DNA from: Alloascoidea hylecoeti
Taxonomy: Eukaryota
Assembly (NCBI GenBank): GCA_001600815.1
Contig: BCKZ01000018.1
Coordinates: forward strand, 186,001-211,418
DNA length: 25,418 nt
Direction of reading: 5' to 3'
Shown here: one piece after another, positions 9,577-18,840 of the stretch
Numbering within the stretch: the stretch's first letter is position 1
Layout of the letters: every line of letters starts with the position of its first letter
Notes under the pieces: model-generated
What the model was told of the DNA's origin: nothing
The model's input: the letters and a program-made list of their open reading frames with translations, nothing else
The model's database searches: none
Translations under genes and position numbers: made by a program

Positions 9577-11651
9577 ATGAATGGTTACCAAGAGCAATTC
9601 TTAGAGCTTGAACGTGAACTCGAGAAACGTATTCAAGACCTGGAAAGTCGTTCGAATTCTAATGAACAGGGACAAATATTTGAAGACATAGTTCTCAAAT
9701 CATATTTTTGGGGACTTACATGAGATGAATAATCTGGATCGGATCAAGATTAGCGCTAATGATGAAGATATCATAGCCAAGTATAGGAACGGCGGAAGTT
9801 TCGCCAATAACATATTATTCAATCTACCATTAGTTGGTTTTTTTGAATTGCCAGGATCTCACAGCAAGGCTACATCAATATCGAGTAGGAAACAAAATAG
9901 AGTTAGCGGAGAATTCAAACAGATGAAATTTTTGCTGACAAAAGAGTTTGAATTCATCGAGGAAATTAAATGGCTAAANNNNNNNNNNNNNNNNNNNNNN
10001 NNNNNNNNNNNNNNNNNNNNNNNNNNNNNNNNNNNNNNNNNNNNNNNCACAGCAAGACTACAACAATATCAAGTAGGAAACAAAATAGAGTTAGCGGAGA
10101 ATTCAAACAGATGAATTTTTTGCTGGCAAAAGAGTTTGAATTCATCGAGGAAATTAAATGGCTAAAAGAACAATTGGATAATGGACGTGGAAGAGGAACT
10201 ATCGGGGGGGAATTACATAGAATATTCCACCAACCTTTCACTATCGTACAAAAAGTTGACGAAACGGCAGTATCAAAATTTATGACAGCAAATCTATTGG
10301 ATCCAGCATGTGGCTTATACAATTCATTTATTGGATCTAGTCGAGCGTTACAGCTGATTAGTCAAGGACCCTCCTACTTATCACATTTCAAACCAGACTA
10401 TACTTATGAGTTTGAAAATCGTTCAATTATTTCAATTGAGTTTAAAAAATATATGTTTGAAAATGTGATATCAGAAATTAATGGTGAATATCAATTCACG
10501 AATCCAATANTTGAGGAAAAGATCAATGAAGTATTGCACCAGTGTCTCCTCATGGACACACCATTCGGCCTGTTGTCCGATATGAGGATCATATTGATGT
10601 TTCAATTCACATATTCAGNAGGTGATCTTCTTCAAGAAAAAAAGCTTAAGTTAAAATTTAAATGCCTAAAATACACAGATCCAGGAGTTTTAAAAACATT
10701 TCTGTTATTTATACACAAAAGCGTTACATATTTTGGAAAGGAACGAAGTGAAATACAATCCGAAATGAAGGAGCTTGGTAATTGTATTAGAAACAAGAAA
10801 TTTATTAGGAACCAGGACAAATTAAGGAAAGATATGAAACAACTATTTGAAGAAGAATGTGTCGATTTTGGAAGGACAAAAACAATTATTATCCTGAAGA
10901 GGTTATAGAACTTGATAAGATCAGTGAAGAAAACAGATTACAATTTTCANAAGAAAAAGGTAGATGGAATTCATTTGTTTTTAAATTTGATAAAGAAAAT
11001 TTAGACAAACATACGACAATAGGACGACAACTTAAAAAGGAAGGAAATGATGATCATCAATATGTGCTGAAGCTAATAGATCCAGCTTTGACATATCAAC
11101 ATGATCACCCAAAAAAGGATATGCCGTTATTTTGTTTTAATAGCTTTATTGCCGAACTTGAGGCGTATAGAACTATTATCGCAAATGATTTACAAGATTA
11201 TATTCCCAAAATTTTTGCCGTCGGGTTTGCAACTCTATGTAAGGACAAAGAACCATACTCATCAGGATTATTTATGATAATTGAACACATCAAAGGATGT
11301 CGTCCCGATTTCAAGAAACCTGAAATACAGAAAAAAGCCTGGGACATCTTGAACAAGCTACGTAAGATTGACATTCATCATGGAGATATTCGAGGTTCGA
11401 ATATGGTATTTAATGGTGATAAGNTAATATTATATGACTTTGGTTTCAGTTATTCCGGTAAATTAAACAATTTGGATCCCTCAAAAAATAAAACGTCGAA
11501 ATCTCCTAGGTCTAAAGATGTTGAAAAATTGAATATAATGATCTCTAGTGTTTCTGGGATCACTAATGTACAGGTGGAACCCATTTTTGATGAACCTATT
11601 TCTGATGAACCCATATTTAAGAGGCTTAGATCAAGAAAACGAGAGTTATAA
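9577..11651 (+). CDS. Coiled-coil + PD-(D/E)xK nuclease + protein kinase fusion (CR-REase/kinase effector or Spok-like), ~628 aa after correcting 2 frameshifts and an assembly overlap; may be a pseudogene
   Basis: Four track ORFs join into one frame by removing one T from T5 (9705-9709), collapsing the duplicated 119 bp around the N gap, and adding one T to T4 (10866-10869). Motifs: heptad-like FLELERELEKRIQDLES; KPDY (10390-10401)...IEFKK (E at 10438)...HQCL...FGLLSD; kinase YVLK, AELEAY, IPKI, MIIEHI, HGDIRGSN (11379), DFG (11436); basic tail KRLRSRKR. Confidence 0.8.
9860..10166 (+). repeat. 119-bp direct duplication (9860-9978 and 10048-10166) flanking a 69-N scaffold gap; probable unmerged contig overlap
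   Basis: The copies abut the gap exactly and differ at 5 positions. Confidence 0.9.
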
Positions 11652-11711
11652 TGTTAGTGATCTATTTATTTAAATTTATAATCCTAACATGAATATTAAT
11701 CAATAAATTTC

Positions 11712-11750
11712 CAATTCCAAATACAATTCCAAATACAATTCCAAATACAA
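11712..11750 (+). repeat. 12-bp minisatellite (caattccaaata) x3
   Basis: Directly visible tandem repeat between two convergent stop codons. Confidence 0.85.
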
Positions 11751-11793
11751 ATTCAATCTCCAATTTATAAATTATAAATTCCTTATAATTAAT

Positions 11794-12200
11794 TTATAAT
11801 CTTGGACTATTTTGCCTCTTAATAACACCTTTATTGTCATCATCAATAACATTCACTCCAACAAGAGGAATCAGATTCCAAATGCTACTAACATATTGAA
11901 TATCGACATCTAATTCTTGTGTAATAAATTTTTCGCCATCCAATTCTATTACTTTTGTTACACCTGCTAGACGAGCACCATGTATGTCATTTCTCCAGTC
12001 AATGCTGAATCACTTGGAACAGGTGTTTTAGTTAATAGAGATGAAAGTGTCATTGTGATTGCTGGACCAGCACCAGCACTAGCACCAGCACCAGAACCAG
12101 GTCTATCTTTTGGATCAGCACTTCCCATGTGTGCAAGACCATTAACAAGTCCCATTCTATGATACCTATAACTTCATAGAAAAGTCTGATGTTTCTTTAT
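11794..12200 (-). pseudogene. Internally deleted 3' fragment of peroxisomal Lon protease (LONP2/Pln type)
   Basis: Reads GLVNGLA...PKDRPGSGAG...ITMTLSSLLTKTPVPSDSALTGEMT, then after a frameshift HGARLAGVTKVI...ELDVDIQYVSSIWNLI...SPRL*. These match Lon protease-domain motifs (GxVNGLA, PKDGPSAG, AMTGE, GAxxAGV) and end in a PTS1-like tripeptide. Confidence 0.8.
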
Positions 12201-12604
12201 CACAAACTCCTTAGTAAAAAAATGAAGGTCCTTGTGACTTGTGAATCTGTGAGACTAACCCCAAACCTCGAAAAAAGTTGAAACACAAAACTTCTTTCTC
12301 TTTTTACAACCACCAAATCAATAATTAAAATGGCGAGTAAAAGAACTTTAAACAACGAGAAGAAAACAAGCTCATACCCCCTGGTGTTGAATTCAAAAAG
12401 AGAAAATAAGCAGGTGTCTTGCGTGAAAATTGGGTATAGTCGATCTTTTAATTCTGCTCGGACTCTTAGTTGGCTCCGTCCAGGACTCCAGGATAATGAT
12501 ATTCATAATATAAAACACATATTTTCTCATAATTTCCATATATAGACCATATATAGTAGGATATAAAATAAATATAAATATAAATATAAACAATTAAATT
12601 AAGT

Positions 12605-15031
12605 TTATATCTTTGGTCTTTGCCAAGTTATAATTTTCCCCTTTGAACTAACAACACTAGTTAAAGTATCACTAAACACAACCTGTGTTAAAGGTCCATC
12701 ACTTACTTTTTTACTCATTATTGGTTGAATAAAAGGTGTTTCTTTCCTACTTCTAAAATGATGTAAAACTTCTGTTGGTTCTTCTGATTCTTTGATATTT
12801 TTAGGGGTATTGTTATTATTGTTTGATGATGTATTACCAGTTATACTTGGTGCTCCACGATAACCACTATAAATTGATAAAACATCTGTTTCTGTAACGC
12901 TTATACTTCTATTCATACTACTGCTTAATTTATCTTTCGGTCGACTTATAGTCCTTGGTAAAAAATCCCATAGTAATAATCTTCCATCATCACCAACACT
13001 ACCAATTCTATAACTATAATAAACATCTGTTGAATTATTATTATTATTATCATTACCACCATTAATTGATTGTGGTGGTGGAGAAGGAGAAGGAGAAGAT
13101 TCAAAAGCAGGATTTAGTTCACATCTTTTTAAATCAATTTTAACATCTCTTATAAAACTATGATGACCTTGACAATAAGCAATTAATTTTTTATTTGAAA
13201 ATGAATAAATTGATAATAAATCATCTTGACCACCAGTTATAATATATTTACCATCAGGTGTCCAACAAGAACATAATAATCCACCAAAGAAAGATGGGAA
13301 AATATCAATTAATGTTTCTTTTTCAATATTCATAATTCTTAAAAATCCATCATCTGATGTAATTGATGAATATTTCCCATTTGGTGAGAAATTAATTGAT
13401 GTTAATGGTTGTTTACCAATTCTATAATAACCAATTGGATTACTATATATTGATTTACCATTAAATAAATAACTTTCTTGTGTACTTTTATAAATTTTCA
13501 TATATTTTAAATTTCTTTTTTTATTAACTTGTGATATAAATGGTGAATGAAGATTATGTGATCCACTTGCTTCATTATTTCCATTAGTTGGAGTAGTACC
13601 ATCACCATTATTTGTATTATTGTTATTATTAGGATTATGTTCATCTTCATCAATACCAGCAAATGGAGTCCTTGCTAAATAATTAACTTCATCTTCATTA
13701 ATTGATTTTTCTTTATCAAAAATTAATAAAGAACCATCAGAAAATAAACCAACAATTAAATTTTTTGAATTTGGTAACCATTTTAAATCTAATAAACAAT
13801 TTTTATTTAATATTCCATTTTTATTAATTCTTGAATATTTTGAATTAATTAAATCATACCAAATTATATCACCAGTTGCAAAACCAATAATTAATTCAAT
13901 TGAAAATTCATTTGAATTTTCTCCATTGTTATTATTATTATAAAAAATTTGAATATCATGGGATGTAATAACAGATTTTGAAAATAAAACCCTTAATAAT
14001 GTTGATGCTTCATCTTTGAAATTTGTAAATAAATCGATCCAATTTATTAATCTACCAATATTACCAAAAAAAAAACTAATTTCTTCATTTAATGATTTAT
14101 TTATTTTATCTTGTAATTTTTTTGAAAAATTATCAATTGTTAAAACTTTTGATATAAATGTACTTGAAGTTTTTAAAATTGAAGTTTTTGGTTTTAATGT
14201 TTTTGATGATTTATTATTATTATTACTATTATTATTAATGTTATTATTATTATTGCTATTACTATTGATTTTCATTAAGTTTAATTTTTGAGTTTTTGGC
14301 TTTTTTAAATGAGACCAGTTTGAAAATGATGATGATAAATTAGGATTTAAATTAGTTTGATCGGATTCAAATTCAGAATTAGATCCAGTATCATAATCTT
14401 GTTCAGATGCTACTGATGGTGAACCTCTTCGGAGTAAGTTTATACCGGTTAATGGGGCCCGCCGTAAATTTAAACTGCTTGAATGCGTGTGGAATTTAGG
14501 AATGCAACTAACTTGGCAAGCCTTAATTAAATGCTGATATTTTAAAAGATGTGGAGCTAGTGGATTATTCATAGATGCCAAGGTTTGTTCCAAAGGAGTT
14601 GGAGGAGGAGGAGCGAGACACACCATCGAATGAAAAATGTAACTTCCTTCTGTAGCATTAAAACCTTCGAGATCCAATTCATTGATGACATTCCAATTTA
14701 ATGTATTCATCTTATTTGGTCCGCTTCCTATGTTGAAGGCCATATTTCCGACAGCTGATGTTGTATTTCCATTTCCATTTCCATTTCCATTTCCCGTGGA
14801 GTTCCCATTGGCGTTCTCCTGAGTCGAGGAAGTATTTCCATTGTTGTTGGTAGACTCCTGGCCATGAAGAGAGTTTGAGGTGGGTTTCCCCACTCTCACA
14901 AGAGCCTGGTCCAAATTCAGGACTAAATTAGGGTCAAGTTCCTTTTGAATGTTGTAGTTGAGATTCGCACCATATGGATTATTCGCATTGTACAAATGTG
15001 GATATTTTGGAGGAGGAGGAACAATAAACAT
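12605..15031 (-). CDS. creC: WD40-repeat protein, CreC/WDR20 (DMWD, Bun62) family; deubiquitinase cofactor / catabolite repression protein
   Basis: 808-aa ORF from the ATG at 15031 (MFIVPPPPKYP, like the CreC N-terminus). Conserved blocks IIGFATGDIIWYD...KYSRINKNG, SFFGGLLCSCWTPDGKYIITGGQDDL, CQGHHSFI and YRIGSVGDDGRLLLWDF; poly-Asn insertions. Confidence 0.92.
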   Translation of the reverse strand: MFIVPPPPKYPHLYNANNPYGANLNYNIQKELDPNLVLNLDQALVRVGKPTSNSLHGQESTNNNGNTSSTQENANGNSTGNGNGNGNGNTTSAVGNMAFNIGSGPNKMNTLNWNVINELDLEGFNATEGSYIFHSMVCLAPPPPTPLEQTLASMNNPLAPHLLKYQHLIKACQVSCIPKFHTHSSSLNLRRAPLTGINLLRRGSPSVASEQDYDTGSNSEFESDQTNLNPNLSSSFSNWSHLKKPKTQKLNLMKINSNSNNNNNINNNSNNNNKSSKTLKPKTSILKTSSTFISKVLTIDNFSKKLQDKINKSLNEEISFFFGNIGRLINWIDLFTNFKDEASTLLRVLFSKSVITSHDIQIFYNNNNNGENSNEFSIELIIGFATGDIIWYDLINSKYSRINKNGILNKNCLLDLKWLPNSKNLIVGLFSDGSLLIFDKEKSINEDEVNYLARTPFAGIDEDEHNPNNNNNTNNGDGTTPTNGNNEASGSHNLHSPFISQVNKKRNLKYMKIYKSTQESYLFNGKSIYSNPIGYYRIGKQPLTSINFSPNGKYSSITSDDGFLRIMNIEKETLIDIFPSFFGGLLCSCWTPDGKYIITGGQDDLLSIYSFSNKKLIAYCQGHHSFIRDVKIDLKRCELNPAFESSPSPSPPPQSINGGNDNNNNNSTDVYYSYRIGSVGDDGRLLLWDFLPRTISRPKDKLSSSMNRSISVTETDVLSIYSGYRGAPSITGNTSSNNNNNTPKNIKESEEPTEVLHHFRSRKETPFIQPIMSKKVSDGPLTQVVFSDTLTSVVSSKGKIITWQRPKI

Positions 15032-15145
15032 AATACACAACTTTTTTAGTCAGACCGGAACACACAAATCTGATAAAACTGGAAATTTAAAAGACTGGAA
15101 AGTATCAAAGAAATAATTATAACATTATTGAAGTTAACATCCGTA

Positions 15146-16154
15146 CATCCGGGGTCAGCCTTAATCGTGAGGCCATGCAACGGTGAACTAGTTTAGTCCG
15201 AATTAATGTAAGGTTATTTATTGTTATATACTAAAAGGTGCCCTCTACATCCGCTGGACTAAGTTGGTCAGTATTCCATAAATTTAGACACTTCTTGACG
15301 CCTCCGACCCTTAATCCATGTGCATGCGGTGAGACCAGAATTGCGTAGTGCAGTTCAATGCATATTATTACATATTTGTGGACTAGTTAGTTCACCATTG
15401 AACATGGCCTAAGGTGGCTAAGCTTTATCACACAGAAAAGAGTAAATAGTTGATAACTGCCACACCAGCCCTCCAAACTTCAATATATTTATAGTGTAGT
15501 TATAGAGATCTATAGGTATTATGGTATGAGCTTCAATTTGGAAAGAAAATCGCAGTTCACTGTGTAGAGAGTGGTTGTGTATCCTAATACATGTACCATC
15601 CTAGCAGATGATCCCACACAAAACTTCTGAGAGAAAAGGCCCTTTGATGAGATTCCTGGAGGTCTCATATTCATGCAGGATAACACACCTATAAGTTACA
15701 TAAAGCCGGAACCTCCATGAATTGAGTTTCTTGTCAAGGAGATAGAACATAAACTTTATACAATTGAGAACATTTTAAATCTCTTCAAAAAAGTGCATCA
15801 CAAAGCAGGAATTGGGTGTATGAGTCTTCTAAATGGTGTAGAAGTGAAGAAAGACATACCGGTAATGTTCATTTCTTTGTCGAACTATTGGGACCTCAAG
15901 GATCATTAATAATGTGGTTGACTCCATCTCTCATGGCGGTCCGTTATAGCTAGGGTTAAGGGTCAACAGATTCAACATAGACTCAACACTACGTAACTTT
16001 AGGAAGCCATTTTATTTACCACTGATATAATTTCTAGTATTGATAGAACATTATGCATTATTTTAACAAAGTGCTTAGTCACTGGCTATAATGTTTACAC
16101 TTCTATTTGGAGTTGTATCCAAAAAAACTTAGCCACTTAAGGTGGTTCCGGCTG
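15146..16154 (+). mobile_element. Internally deleted Tc1-like (DD34E) transposon remnant with TIRs and TA target duplication
   Basis: Motifs GIMV*ASIW (15515; VMVWxxI-like), LIFMQDNTP (D at 15679)..HKAGTSMN, IENILNLFKK (15763) and VDS...KG. The right end reverse-complements to TA|CAGCCGGAACCACCTTAAGTGGCTAAG; the left end is TA|CATCCGGGGTCAGCCTTAA-[insert]-GGTGGCTAAG. Confidence 0.75.
15171..15409. mobile_element. Tourist/PIF-Harbinger-like MITE (239 bp)
   Basis: ~30-bp imperfect TIRs: GGCCATGCAACGGTGAACTAGTTTAGTCC versus reverse complement GGCCATGTTCAATGGTGAACTAACTAGTCC. Flanked by TGA and TAA; no ORF. Confidence 0.7.
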
Positions 16155-16431
16155 TATGTCCAAATAATCATATCATTGATACCCTATTTACGGTGCTTAA
16201 TTAACACACTTCCATTGTACTGAACATCTATTTGTACTTTAGCGAAATTCAGTGGAAGCTTGTAGTAAGTTATTACATCCAAACATAACAATAAGAGATC
16301 TGTGTTGAAAGCTTGGAGCTAGTGAGCTCTATAGGTTACATCGTTGAAGAACCCTCAGACTACAACAAAATTTACAAAAAAATATCGATTATATATTATC
16401 GGAATCATGAGATTAAGTGAAGTTTAGTAAA

Positions 16432-16506
16432 TGTTGTGATTCCCAACTGCACCAAAAGGCCACATGACCTCTTGTATGATTGCATTTAGAAGTGGACATT
16501 CCAACA
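16432..16506 (-). mobile_element. 75-bp solo-LTR-like insertion with 5-bp target duplication
   Basis: TGTTG...CAACA termini with GTAAA on both sides (16427-16431 and 16507-16511). Removing it restores alignment to copies A and B. Confidence 0.7.
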
Positions 16507-17069
16507 GTAAATACTATTTTTAATAATTTATATTCGTTGCTGGTTTTGCAATTCCTGATTGAAATGTAACAATTTTGGGTGACGCAGTTTGTTACCCAGC
16601 AATTACTGACAGTATACAAATTTGGGTGAACATTCTAACAATTTTAACAATTACTACCGTTTATTTTAACATTCTGTTCATTATAATGACCATGATCTCC
16701 ACCAGTAGGTTCCGTAGTTTGGCACACTGTTGAATTACCACTATCGTCATTCATCTCCATAATTTCATATGGATTATAAGGGCTTTCTTCCAGTTTGGTC
16801 TCTATATTTTTTATCATGAAACTCCTTCATCAGGTGCGATGTCTTTAGTCCGAATGTATTGATGTCGCGGTGGTCATTTGAAGTGACTTCTACTAGTATT
16901 TTGAGATATTCCAAAGCCATTCTCGTAAAACTTATATTTAGATCAGATCAGACATAGATTTCAATTCACTTTGAATATTATGCTGGTTGAACACTTCTTC
17001 AGTTTCGCGACATATTTCGTTATGCATATTCTCAAACCCTAGAATGTCTGCTCTTATTGTTCTTGCCAG

Positions 17070-17753
17070 TTAAGATAATTCCTGTTCAGCTGACACCAGA
17101 GTGGGTATTCTAGTGTTTAACTGTCGTTTTCGCGTAGATCGTGTATTAGGAGTTTGACTACTTAAAACGGTAACAATTTCTTTATCTTTTTCATTTTCAA
17201 TTGATACCTGATTATCTACAGCAGGTAAGTATGTATCTCTTTTCCCAGTTTGAATGATTAATCTTTCACATTTATTTGTATTATCATAGACGGAATCGAT
17301 TCCTGCTCTTTCTTTGAACTTCTTAAACCAAGTGGTGGCTTGATCACGAGTCATTCTGATATTAGTACGTGTATTTTTCAATTGTAAAACGTGCTCAATG
17401 AACTCATCCCGAGTTAAACGATTGTCTTTTGAAATCCGCTGATGAATAAATTTAATCAAGCCTTGTTCTTGTGCGCTTGAAAAATGAGCAATAGACTTTG
17501 ACAATGCTCCTTTGATATTACTAGTTTCTCTCTTCATCTGTGTCATAAAGGTTGAAGTGGGCAACTTCTGTTGCTCAGCGAATGCTCGACGAGAGATACA
17601 TGATGTTTTTGTTCTCTTTGCCTCCTTTTCGAGTTCCCGGTACTTTTTGATACCTTCTAGAATGAGTTGGTGCCTAACTTGGCTCTTTCTCATGCCATTG
17701 GGTGGACATTGATATTCAGCTCTAACATTGTTCCTATAGGTCCGCTTAGCCAT
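17070..17753 (-). CDS. Transposase-derived DNA-binding protein (psq-like HTH + CENP-B/Tc5 HTH), no catalytic DDE domain
   Basis: 227-aa ORF with ISRRAFAEQQKLPTSTF, FSSAQEQGLIKFI, LTRDEFIEHVLQL and TTWFKKFKER, typical of pogo/Fot1 N-termini. The frame continues for 43 codons past the TAA at 17070, suggesting a premature stop. Confidence 0.75.
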   Translation of the reverse strand: MAKRTYRNNVRAEYQCPPNGMRKSQVRHQLILEGIKKYRELEKEAKRTKTSCISRRAFAEQQKLPTSTFMTQMKRETSNIKGALSKSIAHFSSAQEQGLIKFIHQRISKDNRLTRDEFIEHVLQLKNTRTNIRMTRDQATTWFKKFKERAGIDSVYDNTNKCERLIIQTGKRDTYLPAVDNQVSIENEKDKEIVTVLSSQTPNTRSTRKRQLNTRIPTLVSAEQELS

Positions 17754-17817
17754 TACTTAACTTATGTGGTTGTGGTTAGTGTTTGTATAAGTTGAAGATA
17801 AGGGGTGGATGTGAGTA

Positions 17818-18032
17818 TGTGCCAATCTGGAACAAGCCAACCTGGAATGGACCTGTATCACCGGTAAGGTATGTTCGAGTTGTCTTTTATTCATTACTGG
17901 TAACTAGGTACCTTAGAGTAGCATAGTCATTACTGTGACACCCGGGTAAAACAGGTAGAGTAAATTGGTCTACGGGTGCACTGGTTTCTGTCCCAGCAGC
18001 TGTTCCAGGTTGGCTTGCTCTAGATTGGCACA
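17818..18032. mobile_element. TA-flanked MITE (215 bp, ~30-bp TIRs)
   Basis: Inverted repeat 17815-17847 / 18003-18035 (GTATGTGCCAATCTRGARCAAGCCAACCTGGAA, 2 mismatches in 33). TA at 17816-17817 and 18033-18034. Confidence 0.75.
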
Positions 18033-18840
18033 TACAGTCAGTTAGCTTTCTAATTTATCCTACAGTTGCAAATTGCAATTGGTGGGTGAGCTCATGGATT
18101 AAATTTTGTAGGATAGATGAGGCTGTATCTTGATACAATTGCGATGGCAGTGAAACAATTACAGTACTGTTTGCGTTAATATCTACCACTTGTTGTCCTT
18201 TATATTCGGCCAAATTTTAAATGAATAATTTGGGCATATGTTATAGTATTCAACCACTCATCACAAATAAGTTCGGTGATATTGGATTAAACTTTTGGCC
18301 ACCTTTATGCGCAACAGAACATGGCCAGCATCGATCTTTTATTAATAAATTCAGTTAAAGTCAAATTGCAGGTTTTAAAAACATTTTAAGTTAGATAAAC
18401 TTTGTAATACTAATTAGTTAATCATGATAAATAACAGAATAGTAATACTGAAGTCAATTGCAAAAGAATAAAAAATATTAAAAAATCGATAAGGCCCTTA
18501 TATATCATACCTCTTCAAACTTTAACAATTCATCATCATAATTATAGGTCTCTTCTATGATACATCATTATCATTATCTATGTGATGATTATTTTCATAA
18601 TCTTGTAGAAAACTTTCTCTAGGCTGGGCACTTGATGACCATTGCATTGCAGTCAGTCGGATCCGGGAAAAGTAAAACAAGACGAGACAATGTGGGCGAG
18701 AATTCCCTTAACTCCTGATGTGCAGATTACAAGAGCTTTAACAGTATGTCAACCATGCATAATTGAACCCTTCCGCGGTTATCGGAAATCTCCAATAAAT
18801 TGTATTAATGTCGTTAATATAAAGAATATAGGCCTATTGC

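Larger units (their letters stand above)
16203..18125 (-). mobile_element. pogo/Fot1-like transposon copy D, DDE-deleted derivative (ends approximate)
   Basis: The reverse complement of 16335-17290 aligns with copies A, B and C (e.g. acacgatctacgcgaaaacga versus acacgatcacgtctgaacga at 6821). Degenerate TIR-like sequences at ~16203-16245 and ~18108-18125 (gtaggatagatgaggctg|TA). Confidence 0.65.

Noticed and set aside
9860..10166. Real internal tandem repeat in the nuclease-kinase protein
   Set aside because: The copies abut an N gap exactly, typical of an unmerged contig overlap.
14016..14291. Antisense or alternate-frame ORFs over creC, the Gly-zipper gene, the MMtag gene and the kinase gene
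   Set aside because: Shadows of the real coding strand.
9577..15031. Alternative CUG decoding signal
   Set aside because: CTG occurs at Leu-compatible positions in the kinase gene and at least once in creC; too little evidence to infer a code change or foreign origin.
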